Origin: an uncultured Gemmatimonadales bacterium
Lineage (GTDB): Bacteria; Gemmatimonadota; Gemmatimonadetes; Gemmatimonadales; GWC2-71-9
DNA: 64,000 nucleotides
Assembly: GCA_963821525.1 (NCBI GenBank)
Contig: CAWGED010000019.1
Coordinates: 992,001-1,056,000, forward strand
Reading direction: 5' to 3'
The position numbers and the translations under genes are program-made. The notes under the pieces were generated by a model. The model made no database searches. It was not told where the DNA came from and saw only the letters and a list, made by a program, of their open reading frames with translations. Shown one piece after another: positions 11,205-20,653 of the stretch; positions within the stretch are counted from its first letter, which is position 1; each line of letters starts with the position of its first letter.

Positions 11205-12371
11205 ATGACCGAGATCGTGACCACCTCCCCACTGAGCCAATTGAGCGAAGAGGAGCAGCTCTTCCGCTCGACCGTTCGAGAGTTCGCGGAAACCGAGATC
11301 AGGCCTCACGTAGCCGAGATGGATGAGGCCGGCACCTTCCGGCCCGACCTGATCGCCAAACTCTTCGAATTGGGTTTGATGGGTGTCGAAATACCGGAAC
11401 AGTGGGGAGGGGCCGGGGGCAACATCTTCCTCGCTGCCATCGCCATCGAGGAACTGGCGCGGGTGGATGCGTCCGCCGCGATCTACGTGGATGTGCACAA
11501 CACGCTGGTCAACAATGCGATGCTCCGCTGGGCCAACGACGAGCAGAAGAGCCGCTATTTCCCCCGGCTGACCTCTAGCCTGCTCGGCGCATTTGCCCTC
11601 TCGGAACCGGCCAGCGGCAGTGATGCGTTCGCGCTCGAGACCCGCGCCGAAGACAAGGGAACCCACTGGGAGCTGACCGGACGAAAATTCTGGATCACCA
11701 ATGGTGGAGAGGCTGGCTTCTTCCTGGTGTTCGCCAATGGTGACTTCAGCAAGGGATACAAGGGCATTACCGGGTTCATCGTCGAGCGGGAGTTCCCCGG
11801 ATTCAGTGTCGGCAAGAAGGAAAACAAACTCGGCATTCGGGCCTCCAGCACCACCGAGTTGATCCTGGAGAACTGCAAGGTCCCCAAGGAGAACGTGCTG
11901 GGACCGGTGGGCCGGGGGTACAAGATCGCAATCGAGACTCTTAACGAAGGTCGGATTGGGATCGGGGCTCAGATGATTGGTGTGGCGCAGGGCGCACTCG
12001 AGGCCGCCATCCAGTACGTGAAGGAGCGGAAACAGTTTGGAAAGGCCGTCGCCGAATTCCAGGGCGTGCAGTTTCAGCTGGCCCAGATGGCGACCGAGCT
12101 CGAGGCGGCCCGACTGCTGGTCTATAACACCGCCCGCCTGAAGGACAGCGGTCAGCCGTTCCTGCGCGAGGCGGCGATGGCCAAGCTCTTCAGTTCCCAG
12201 GTGGCGGACCGAATCACGTCTCAATGCCTGGAGCTGTTCGGCGGATACGGCTATTCGAAGGAATATCCCGCCGAGAAGTACTACCGGGATGCCAAGATTG
12301 GCACGATCTACGAGGGAACCAGCAACATGCAGCTGCAGACCATCGCCAAGCTGCTTTTGAAGGAGCCCTAG
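11205..12371 (+). CDS. Acyl-CoA dehydrogenase (short/branched-chain type)
   Basis: FALSEPASGSDA, GRKFWITNG, KLGIRASST, ERKQFG, FGGYGY, IYEGTSNMQ. Confidence 0.93.
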   Translation: MTEIVTTSPLSQLSEEEQLFRSTVREFAETEIRPHVAEMDEAGTFRPDLIAKLFELGLMGVEIPEQWGGAGGNIFLAAIAIEELARVDASAAIYVDVHNTLVNNAMLRWANDEQKSRYFPRLTSSLLGAFALSEPASGSDAFALETRAEDKGTHWELTGRKFWITNGGEAGFFLVFANGDFSKGYKGITGFIVEREFPGFSVGKKENKLGIRASSTTELILENCKVPKENVLGPVGRGYKIAIETLNEGRIGIGAQMIGVAQGALEAAIQYVKERKQFGKAVAEFQGVQFQLAQMATELEAARLLVYNTARLKDSGQPFLREAAMAKLFSSQVADRITSQCLELFGGYGYSKEYPAEKYYRDAKIGTIYEGTSNMQLQTIAKLLLKEP

Positions 12372-12530
12372 GAGGCCGCGTGAAGCTGACGGCACAAAGG
12401 CAGTAGAAACCTGCCGCTTTGACGTTCCCGTCTGCAACGTTATCCGGCAACGGAACACCCTTTGCTCTTCATTTTGACGCCGGAAGGGCCCCGGCAGGGA
12501 TGAGGCATCAAGCGAAGTCATGACAAGGGG

Positions 12531-12559
12531 TTGCGGGGAGGCGTTCTCCCCTCGATCTT
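12531..12559 (+). promoter_or_regulatory. Possible sigma70-type promoter for dacB
   Basis: TTGCGG-17 nt-GATCTT. Confidence 0.35.
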
Positions 12560-12638
12560 ACCTGCCCCGCTTGTTGGTCCTCATCCGCAGGGCAAGACAA
12601 GCCAAATACAAGAAGTTCCCATACTTGAGGGCGCCAGA

Positions 12639-14159
12639 TTGCCGCTTGGCCGAGGGATTCGCCGCATCGCAACCGCCGCCGCGCTGCTTAGCGCCGGGGC
12701 GTTTGTTGTGCCGGCCCACGGCCAGGAGATCGCAGAGGGCCTTCAGCTTCAGCTTCGACGCTGGTATCGCCAGGCTTCGCGTTCCGCGCCCGGTACCTGG
12801 GGCATCGCGGTAGCCGATCAGCAGGGCAACCTGCTCTGGAGTGTCAATCCAGATAAGGCCATGATCCCGGCTTCCACGGTCAAGCTCCTGACGACCGGAT
12901 TTGCCCGGACCATCCTGGGCGGTGATGCCCGGCGCTCGACCCGAGTGGTGGGACTGGGACGGGTGGACGAGGGCACCGGCGAGTGGATGGGCAAGTGGGC
13001 TCTCGAGCTGAATGGCGATCCGACACTGGAAAGTCCTTCGGGCGGTGGCCCCCGACTCGACGACCTCGCGGAGCAGCTCGCAGCCCAGGGCATCCGACGT
13101 CTCCGGGGCCCCATGGAAGTGGTGAGCGCGGATGGTCCTGCCGAAGCGCTCTATCCCTCTGCTTGGCGTGCGGCAAACCGGGGCAGCATCTACGCTCCGC
13201 TGGTCGGGTCGCTGACCCTGCACGAGAACGTCGTCTGGATTCACGTGAAGCCGGGGTCCAAGTCGGGCCGCCGCGCCGTACTGGTCGAGACGTCGCCGGC
13301 AGGCCTCGAGGCCCTGGTCGACGTCCACGCCAGCACCGTGGCCGGCTATCGCTCTCGGCTCTCGATCCGGCGCATGGCCGACGGGGGCTACCTGATCAAC
13401 GGTTCGATCGGGGTCAACGCGTCGGTTCGCCGGCTGGTCACTGTTGCGTCGGATCCCAAGGCTATTCTGGCCGCGGCGTGGGCCCGCGCACTCCAGGACG
13501 CGGGGATCGAATGGGACCGGAGCCCGAACCCGATTACGGTCGAGGGCGACGCAACCGACGTCCTTGCCGAAGTGACCTCGGCGACGTTCGACTCAATCGC
13601 ATCCGAAGTGAACCGCCGGAGTCTCAACATCGGTGCCGAGCTGTTGCTCCAGTGGGCAGGTGGCCGGGACCACGCGCCCGAGTTGCTCACTGAGCACGTG
13701 CAACAGGTGGCCGGCGTGGACGGCGGCGTGCACCTGGTGGACGGGAGCGGCATGTCCCACGAAGATCGGGTCACGCCGGCCACGTTCATCTACTACATGG
13801 CCAACTTCCTCTCGACCCCGGCGGGGCGGAACTTCCCCTACCTGTTGCCGGCGAATGGCGAAGGCACGCTGACGAGGCTCGCGGGCGGGCTGCCTGCCGC
13901 TGGCGTCGTCCACGCCAAGACCGGTACGCTGAGCGGTGTCTCCACTCTGGTTGGATATCTGGGACAGAAAGACGGGATGTATCTCGTCTCCCTGATGTAC
14001 AACGGCCCCCGTTCCAAGACCGCGAAGCGCCAGCAGTGGCAGGCGTTCCGGCTCCTCGGCGCGAATGGCGTAACCATCCCCTCGGAAGTCAACGACGAGC
14101 CGGATCAGGACACGCCGGGCGCCGCTGCAGATGAAATTGGGGGAGAGCCGGAGAACTGA
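12639..14159 (+). CDS. dacB: D-alanyl-D-alanine carboxypeptidase/endopeptidase (PBP4, peptidase S13)
   Basis: SxxK (PASTVK), SxN (SLN), VDGSG, KTGTL; start placed at TTG 12639 after GAGGG, giving a signal peptide. Confidence 0.88.
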   Translation: MPLGRGIRRIATAAALLSAGAFVVPAHGQEIAEGLQLQLRRWYRQASRSAPGTWGIAVADQQGNLLWSVNPDKAMIPASTVKLLTTGFARTILGGDARRSTRVVGLGRVDEGTGEWMGKWALELNGDPTLESPSGGGPRLDDLAEQLAAQGIRRLRGPMEVVSADGPAEALYPSAWRAANRGSIYAPLVGSLTLHENVVWIHVKPGSKSGRRAVLVETSPAGLEALVDVHASTVAGYRSRLSIRRMADGGYLINGSIGVNASVRRLVTVASDPKAILAAAWARALQDAGIEWDRSPNPITVEGDATDVLAEVTSATFDSIASEVNRRSLNIGAELLLQWAGGRDHAPELLTEHVQQVAGVDGGVHLVDGSGMSHEDRVTPATFIYYMANFLSTPAGRNFPYLLPANGEGTLTRLAGGLPAAGVVHAKTGTLSGVSTLVGYLGQKDGMYLVSLMYNGPRSKTAKRQQWQAFRLLGANGVTIPSEVNDEPDQDTPGAAADEIGGEPEN

Positions 14160-14161
14160 GC

Positions 14162-15268
14162 CTACCGGATTAGCAGACCCGCCAAAGCCGCAGCGAGCAT
14201 GATCAGTGGATCGGGGACTTTTCTGATCCAGACCGCAGTAGCCAACGCCGCAAGAGCAATTACCACCGTCGGAACATCAATCAGAGCGCCGCGAGCCAGC
14301 ACCACGACCGATCCCGCAATCGCGCCGGTCGCCGCGGCGGTTATGCCCGCGACGAAGGCGGCGAGGGCCGGTCGCTTGGCGTACTTCTGGAAATAGGGCG
14401 CGGGAAGAACGGTCAGCAGAAAACAGGGGAGAAATGTGGCCCCGGCTGCGACCACGGCGCCGGCAAACCCGGCCACGAGGTACCCGATGAATCCGGTGGT
14501 GATCACTACCGGGCCAGGCGTTATGAAAGCAACCGCGACCGCATCGATGAACTGCTGCTCTGTGAGCCAGCCGTGCTGGAGGACTACTCCGCCGTGGAGG
14601 AAGGGCACGATTGCGAGGCCGCTGCCAAAAACGAACGAACCGGCGTAGGCGAAGAAGGCCGCGATCTGCAGGAGGAGCCCCGCCTCGGCGGCTGTGCCCG
14701 TTCTCCGCAGCCAGGCCGGCGGGACTCGCCAGAGCCAGGTAGCGAATCCTCCCAGCAGGATGAGAGCGACCAGCTCCCTGCCGGTTACAATCGTGGCAAC
14801 CGCCACCAGCAGGTAGATGCCCCAGAGCAAGATGTCCCGTCCGATTGTCTTGCGGGTGAGAACCCAGGCGCTGCGGCTGATCAGGCCAATCACCGCTGCG
14901 GCAACGCCGTAGAAAACGGCCTGCATCCAGGGCAAGCCTTGGTACAGGGTATAAGCCCATCCCAGTGCTAGAACCATGAGGAAGCTGGGAAGCACGAAGC
15001 TCAGCCCGGCCAGTGTGGCACCGGCTATTCCCCCCCGCACATACCCGATGTAGAAGCAGAGTTGTGCCGCGAGCGGTCCCGGAGAGAGCTGGGCCAGCGC
15101 GATCCCTTCCCGGTACTCCTCCTCGGAAATCCACCCGCGCTGTTCTACCAGGTCTCGATGCATGGCGCCGACCAGGGCAATCGGTCCGCCGAATCCCAGA
15201 GCGCCGAGGCGGAGGAAGTACCATCCGAGACCACGAGTGATCCCGGGCGCGGCTACGACCGCGCTCAT
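14162..15268 (-). CDS. chrA: Chromate efflux transporter (long-chain CHR family)
   Basis: GFGGP...QLSPGPLAAQ and FVFGSG...TPGP half-repeats, multi-TM. Confidence 0.92.
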   Translation of the reverse strand: MSAVVAAPGITRGLGWYFLRLGALGFGGPIALVGAMHRDLVEQRGWISEEEYREGIALAQLSPGPLAAQLCFYIGYVRGGIAGATLAGLSFVLPSFLMVLALGWAYTLYQGLPWMQAVFYGVAAAVIGLISRSAWVLTRKTIGRDILLWGIYLLVAVATIVTGRELVALILLGGFATWLWRVPPAWLRRTGTAAEAGLLLQIAAFFAYAGSFVFGSGLAIVPFLHGGVVLQHGWLTEQQFIDAVAVAFITPGPVVITTGFIGYLVAGFAGAVVAAGATFLPCFLLTVLPAPYFQKYAKRPALAAFVAGITAAATGAIAGSVVVLARGALIDVPTVVIALAALATAVWIRKVPDPLIMLAAALAGLLIR

Positions 15269-16239
15269 GCGGCAAACTCGATACTTCGGCCCGCTCCCCC
15301 GGCGACTGCCCGCTGGTAAACCAGTGCGGCAGCCGCCACATCCTGCACCGCGACGCCGGTGCTGTCGAAGATGAAGACCTGATCCTCGCTGGTCCGGCCG
15401 GGCTTGCGGCCCGCCACCAGATCCGGCAATTCCGCGTAGACCTGGGAGACGGTCATGAATCCGCCCGCAACGGCATGGAAGAGATCACCGATCCGAACCG
15501 CTTGTTCGAGGAGATCGGGCACGACGAGGGCCTCAGCCATGAGGGCAGGGTCAACCTCGATCTTCTCGCCGTTGTCCGCCCCCACCGCAGCGACGAAGGT
15601 CCCGGCGTTGACATCTCCCTGACGAATCAGCGGCGTTTTGGATGGAGTACAGGTGATGCAGATCTGACTCACCGACAGGGCAGATCGCAGATCCGATACC
15701 GCGCTGATCTCGATACCGAGCTCGACCCCAAGCTCGCCAGCGAGCTTTTCAGCTCGCAGCGGCTCTAGATCGTAGGCGTAAACCCGCTCGAGCGGCCGAA
15801 CCAGGTTGAGCGCCCGGATCTGCGCCCGGCTTTGGGCGCCGCAACCGACGATGGTCGCGACTCGCGCGCCTTCCCTTGCCAGGAATCGCGCCGCAACTGC
15901 CGTGGCAGCAGCCGTACGCAGAGCGGTTATGGCGGTGGAGTCGAACACCCCGAGCGGCTCCCCCTGTTCTGCGTCGCACAGGATAACGAGCCCCTGAATC
16001 GTCGGTCGGCCCCGTGCCGGGTTGCCGGGGAAATTCGCGTTGAGCTTGCCGGCCATGTAGCCACCCATTCCCGCTGCCTTGAAGTGGAACCCCCCGCTTG
16101 AAGCATGCAGGGCGCTCACCACGGGCCCCAGGAGTTCTCCGCGAGCCATTGCGAGGAAGCTGCCCTGCACCGCCTCGATGCAGTCGGCGAGCGGAAGCAG
16201 CTGCTCGACCTCACTGCGGGAAAGCAGCAGCGTGCCCAT
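15265..16239 (-). CDS. Ornithine cyclodeaminase / mu-crystallin family protein
   Basis: ITALRTAAATAVA, VGCGAQ Rossmann motif, AVGAD, IFDSTGVAVQD. Confidence 0.9.
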   Translation of the reverse strand: MGTLLLSRSEVEQLLPLADCIEAVQGSFLAMARGELLGPVVSALHASSGGFHFKAAGMGGYMAGKLNANFPGNPARGRPTIQGLVILCDAEQGEPLGVFDSTAITALRTAAATAVAARFLAREGARVATIVGCGAQSRAQIRALNLVRPLERVYAYDLEPLRAEKLAGELGVELGIEISAVSDLRSALSVSQICITCTPSKTPLIRQGDVNAGTFVAAVGADNGEKIEVDPALMAEALVVPDLLEQAVRIGDLFHAVAGGFMTVSQVYAELPDLVAGRKPGRTSEDQVFIFDSTGVAVQDVAAAALVYQRAVAGGAGRSIEFAA

Positions 16240-16706
16240 CAGGCGGGCGCCGGGACGCGCTGCGGATTCCAGCTGTGAGTCTCACCTCTGACATAGCAGC
16301 ACCAGGAATACAGCGCGTCGTAGAGCACGAAGCCGTGACGCAGCTGCTCGTGGTCATCCCGGAAATTGTGGGACAGGCCGAGGGAGATCGCGAGAAGCCC
16401 AGCGCACTGCGGGGCGAGGTCGGGCCGTGCGGTATCGGCGCCGCGGACGATGACAGCCAGCTCGCCTAATGCTGGATCGTCCAGCCGGTATTTCTTGAGA
16501 AACGTGTCGAAGCTGCACAGCGGCCCGTCGTGACTCAGCTCAACGCCCTCGACGTCGTACGGCGTTGCAGCCTGCTTCTGCGCTTCCGCCAGCACTTCTC
16601 CCGGCGGCACGAAGATGAACTCGGGGGATGAATCGATGAATCGAGCGATGAGCCAGGGGCAGGCAATCCGGTCGATCTTGGGTCGTTCACGGGTGATCCA
16701 GCGCAT
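16239..16706 (-). CDS. Chromate-resistance protein with ChrB C-terminal domain only (ChrF-like)
   Basis: WITRERPKIDRIACPWLIARFID, HDGPLCSFD, VRGADT, LYDALY. Confidence 0.88.
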   Translation of the reverse strand: MRWITRERPKIDRIACPWLIARFIDSSPEFIFVPPGEVLAEAQKQAATPYDVEGVELSHDGPLCSFDTFLKKYRLDDPALGELAVIVRGADTARPDLAPQCAGLLAISLGLSHNFRDDHEQLRHGFVLYDALYSWCCYVRGETHSWNPQRVPAPA

Positions 16707-16751
16707 GGGACCTCCTTGGGGCCGGCAGATTGTGGCCCCCGATGCCGAGGT

Positions 16752-16788
16752 GGTACATTTGTATCCATGAATGATTCAGTTGAATCAT
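16752..16788. promoter_or_regulatory. Two palindromes in the divergent chr control region (candidate ChrB operators)
   Basis: GGTACA-TT-TGTATC (16752-16765) overlaps a TACATT -10 box; perfect ATGATTCA-GT-TGAATCAT (16771-16788). Confidence 0.5.
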
Positions 16789-17543
16789 CCCGTCCGCAAG
16801 GGCACCCCCACTGGCTGCTGCTCATACATCAACTGCCGCCCCGACCCCATTATCTGCGGGTGAAGGTGCGCCGCCGGCTGGCCCGGCTGGGAGCCCGGCC
16901 GCTCAAGAACACGGTGTATGCCCTGCCCTGGAGCGAAGAGGCGATCGAGGACTTCCAGTGGCTCAGACGAGAAATCGAGGCGGACGGAGGAGAAGCGGTG
17001 ATCTGCGAAGCGTCCCTCCTCGAGGGTCTGAGCGATGCCGCCCTGGACGGCCGGTTCCCAACGGGTCGCCAGGCAACGCGTCAACCGGCCGCGATCCGGG
17101 TCCGGCCCGACCTGTCGAAGGGCCGGGTCTGGGTCACCAGGAAGGACGTCCACGTCGATCGCATTGCCAGCGCCTGGCTAATCCAGCGGTTCATCGACCC
17201 CAAGGCCCGTTTCAAATTCGTCCCCCCGCAGGGCTACACACCTAGGAAGAACGAACTCCGCTTCGATATGTTCGAGGCGGAATTCACCCACGAGGGCGAT
17301 CACTGCAGCTTCGAAACCCTGGTCCATCGCTTCGGACTCAAGGATCCCGCCCTGCGTGCTCTGGGAGAAATGGTCCACGACATCGACTGTAAGGATAGGA
17401 AGTTCCGCCGCGCCGAAACGACAGGACTACAGCGCCTGATTCAGGGCATCGTGGCGGCGAACGGGAAGGATACCGCGCGATTGCGCCAGGGCACCGTCAT
17501 TCTGGATAGTTTCTACGACGCCTTCGCCTCGCGACGGAAGTGA
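16767..17543 (+). CDS. chrB: Chromate-resistance regulator ChrB (N-terminal plus C-terminal domains)
   Basis: WLLLIHQLPP...RVKVRRRL...VYALP; WVTRKDVHVDRIASAWLIQRFID; FTHEGDHCSFE. Confidence 0.88.
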   Translation: MNDSVESSRPQGHPHWLLLIHQLPPRPHYLRVKVRRRLARLGARPLKNTVYALPWSEEAIEDFQWLRREIEADGGEAVICEASLLEGLSDAALDGRFPTGRQATRQPAAIRVRPDLSKGRVWVTRKDVHVDRIASAWLIQRFIDPKARFKFVPPQGYTPRKNELRFDMFEAEFTHEGDHCSFETLVHRFGLKDPALRALGEMVHDIDCKDRKFRRAETTGLQRLIQGIVAANGKDTARLRQGTVILDSFYDAFASRRK

Positions 17544-19762
17544 AGATCGTTTGCAGGTTCCTGCTGCTGCTCGCCCTGGTTTCCGGAGTGGTGCGACCGG
17601 TAGTGGCCCAGGTTGCCGGGGACGGGGCAACGCTGCGCGTCGAACGCGTTGTCTCGACTATCACGCTCGACGGCCACCTCGACGAACCTGACTGGCTTGC
17701 GAGCGATTCGATCACCGACTTCCGGCAGCAAGAGCCCGAGGAGGGTGCGCCCGCGAGCGAGCGGACGGTGCTTCGTGTCCTGCGTGACGACAAGGCTTTC
17801 TATTTCGGGATCCACGCCTACGACCGTGAGCCTTCCCGGATTCGGGCGCGTCAGATTCGCCGGGATGCAGACCTGGAGGATGATGACTTCGTCAAGATCC
17901 TGATCGACAGTTTCCACGACCGGCGGGGGGCCTTCGTCTTCGGGACCAATCCCAACGCGTTGATCTGGGATGCCCAGCTCGTCGGTTTCGAAGAGCCCAA
18001 TGTCGACTGGAATGGAATCTGGACGGTCGCGACCAGCCGGGATTCAGATGGCTGGACGGCGGAATTCCGAATACCGTTGCGCACGCTCCGGTTTCACGCT
18101 GGAAACGACGGCGTGTTCGGGTTCAATGTGGAGCGCTTTATCCGGCGACGGAACGAGACAACGTTTTGGCGATCCTGGGGGCGAACCCAGGGATTCTACA
18201 ATCTGATCGAGGCCGGTACGCTGACCGGGTTCGGCGAGGTGCATCGCGGACGAGATCTCGAGCTCCGGCCGTACCTGCTCGGGCAGGCCATCGCCACGGA
18301 ACGCGTCATCACCGGGACTGGCACCGACAGTGTGGTCGAGGCCAGCGACCGCGATGCCAAGGCAGGGGTGGATGCCAAGCTTGGCATTTCGCCGACCCTC
18401 ACGGCGGACCTCACGATCAACACGGACTTTGCGCAGGTCGAAGCGGACCGGCAGATCATCAACCTGACCCGCTTCCCGGTCTTCTTCCCCGAAAAGCGGG
18501 AGTTCTTCCTCGAATCCAGCGGCACCTTCGACTTTGCACGGCAGCCCATCCTGACGCCGTTTTACTCCCGGCAGATCGGCTTGAAGGACGGAGAACCTGT
18601 TCCAATTCTCGCGGGTGCGCGTCTTACCGGACGGGCCGGCCCATGGACTCTGGGCCTGCTTGCGGCTCGGACTGGCGGGGAGGATGATGCCAACGACGCC
18701 GTCTTCCGTCTCAAGCATGACTTTCTCGACCGCGCATACATCGGGGGCATCGCGACTCTCCGGACGGGCCCCGGCGTCTCCGGCACAGAGGCCAGCGGTG
18801 GCCTCGACATCGACCTCCCCCTGGTGGTGCACGGTCAGAACGTCGAGCCATCATTCTGGATCACCGGCACCAGTACTCCAGGAATCCCCGGCGTGCCATT
18901 GGCCTGGCGTGCAGCTACAGATTACCCCAACGACCTCTTCGACATCTTCGCCTCGTTGTGGCGCGTGCAGGCGGGATACACACCAACCCTGGGATTCGTT
19001 CGTCGCACCGGTATCAAAGAAACGACCGGGCACATCGACTTCACGCCCAGGCCAGGGGTCCTCGGCATTCGCCAGCTCGATTTCGCAGTTCCGGACTGGG
19101 ACATCATCGCCAACGAACAGGGCAGCCTCACCCGAAGCAGCGACTGGCAGACGGCTGAAATCGAATTGCGCCCGCTCGGGGTGCTCTTTCAGTCCGGCGA
19201 CCAGTTCGAAATCAATATTCAGCGATTTCTCGACGCGCCGACCGATTCGTTCGACATCTTTCCCGGCGTCATGATTCCCCCGGGGCGTTACTGGTACACC
19301 CGCGGCGAGGTGAACTTCTCGACCTCTCGCGGGCGCCCGTTAAACCTGGATGCTCTCTACAGCTGGGGAGATTTCTACACCGGTACCAACCAGGAGCTGA
19401 GCTTCGACGCCACCTGGCGCTTTGGCGGCCACCTGATCCTCGGCGCAGACCTGACTCGCGACGCGGTCCGGTTGCCCGAGGGCGATTTCAAGGCGATCCA
19501 GACGGGAGGACGGGCCCAGTACGCATTCAATCCCCAGACCGATCTCCTGCTCTTTGTGCAGCACAACAACGAGGACCAGCGGGTGGATTTCCAACTGCGC
19601 TTCCACTGGATTCCGACTATCGGCGACGATTTCTACGTGGTCTGGACCTCCGGCTACACCACCGATCCGGCAGCCGAGCATCACTTCCCCGATAGCCAGG
19701 CGCTGCGCGATCCGCTCAGCGGATCATTCACCATCAAGGCGGTTCACCGCCTGGAGTTATAA
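17540..19762 (+). CDS. CBM9-like N-terminal domain plus DUF5916-like outer-membrane protein
   Basis: Signal peptide; ITLDGHLDEPDW, WTAEFRIPL, TINTDFAQVEAD, NLTRFPVFFPEKREFFLE, FYSRQIG. Confidence 0.82.
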   Translation: MKIVCRFLLLLALVSGVVRPVVAQVAGDGATLRVERVVSTITLDGHLDEPDWLASDSITDFRQQEPEEGAPASERTVLRVLRDDKAFYFGIHAYDREPSRIRARQIRRDADLEDDDFVKILIDSFHDRRGAFVFGTNPNALIWDAQLVGFEEPNVDWNGIWTVATSRDSDGWTAEFRIPLRTLRFHAGNDGVFGFNVERFIRRRNETTFWRSWGRTQGFYNLIEAGTLTGFGEVHRGRDLELRPYLLGQAIATERVITGTGTDSVVEASDRDAKAGVDAKLGISPTLTADLTINTDFAQVEADRQIINLTRFPVFFPEKREFFLESSGTFDFARQPILTPFYSRQIGLKDGEPVPILAGARLTGRAGPWTLGLLAARTGGEDDANDAVFRLKHDFLDRAYIGGIATLRTGPGVSGTEASGGLDIDLPLVVHGQNVEPSFWITGTSTPGIPGVPLAWRAATDYPNDLFDIFASLWRVQAGYTPTLGFVRRTGIKETTGHIDFTPRPGVLGIRQLDFAVPDWDIIANEQGSLTRSSDWQTAEIELRPLGVLFQSGDQFEINIQRFLDAPTDSFDIFPGVMIPPGRYWYTRGEVNFSTSRGRPLNLDALYSWGDFYTGTNQELSFDATWRFGGHLILGADLTRDAVRLPEGDFKAIQTGGRAQYAFNPQTDLLLFVQHNNEDQRVDFQLRFHWIPTIGDDFYVVWTSGYTTDPAAEHHFPDSQALRDPLSGSFTIKAVHRLEL

Positions 19763-19764
19763 CA

Positions 19765-20649
19765 ATGCATTCAGCTCGACACTTTCTCGCCGTCCTGGCC
19801 CTCTGCGCGCTCGCGACGATTCCCTTGCAGGGTCAAACCCCGGATTCGGTCCGGTGGACGACTCTCGGCGCCGTCCTTGGCGCAAAGGCGGTAGCTCAGC
19901 CAGGAGTGCACCGGTTCAATTTTCCTCGCAGCGATCTGACCGTCAGGATGGGCGACGTCACGATCGCACCGGCTCTGGCCCTGACATCCTGGGCGGCATT
20001 TACCGATGACACGAGCTCAACCACAGTCATGGGAGATCTGGTTGTCATCGCTCCGGAACTCCCTGCCCTGCTGGCGGCACTAGCTTCGGCCGGGATCGCT
20101 GTTACGGCAGTGCACAACCATCTGGTAGGTGAAGATCCCCGGGTGATGTACGTGCACTATCACGGGCATGGCGCGAGCAAGGAGCTGGCCGCTGGGCTGG
20201 CACACGCCCTCGCCGTTACGGCCACACCACGGCCTGCAGCGGCGCGCCCGTCCATGCCAGTAACGATCGATACCGCCCGAATCCATGCCGCACTGCAGAG
20301 CGAACCGAAGGGCAACGGTACGATCGCCTCCGTCGGAATGCCGCTGTTGAAATCGGAAATTGTGATGGACGGTCGGGTGGTTCCGGTGACCTTCGGACTC
20401 ACCAGCCCGATCAACTTCCAGCAGGTGAGCGAGCAGCGCTGGCTGGCAACCGGGGACTTCGCGGTGACCAGTGCGCAGGTTCAGCCCATCGTGAGAGCGC
20501 TCATCGAGGCGGGAATTACCCCCACGGCGATTCACAGCCACCTGCTTGGGGAAACGCCCACGGTGTATTTCATCCACTTCTGGGCCGACGGAACTCCGAC
20601 GAAAGTCCTGAGCGGACTGAGTGCCGCGGTGACGGCCGCCGGACGGTAA
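19765..20649 (+). CDS. Secreted DUF1259 (LppY/LpqO-like) tandem-domain protein
   Basis: Signal peptide; FPRSDL, VMGDLV, TAVHNHL...YVHY and TGDFAV, TAIHSHL...FIHFW repeated domains. Confidence 0.8.
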   Translation: MHSARHFLAVLALCALATIPLQGQTPDSVRWTTLGAVLGAKAVAQPGVHRFNFPRSDLTVRMGDVTIAPALALTSWAAFTDDTSSTTVMGDLVVIAPELPALLAALASAGIAVTAVHNHLVGEDPRVMYVHYHGHGASKELAAGLAHALAVTATPRPAAARPSMPVTIDTARIHAALQSEPKGNGTIASVGMPLLKSEIVMDGRVVPVTFGLTSPINFQQVSEQRWLATGDFAVTSAQVQPIVRALIEAGITPTAIHSHLLGETPTVYFIHFWADGTPTKVLSGLSAAVTAAGR

Positions 20650-20653
20650 CGAC

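Noticed and set aside
12372..12530. Riboswitch or ncRNA between the acyl-CoA dehydrogenase and dacB (hairpin at 12395-12421)
   Set aside because: No recognisable aptamer consensus by eye; an Rfam/Infernal scan would be needed
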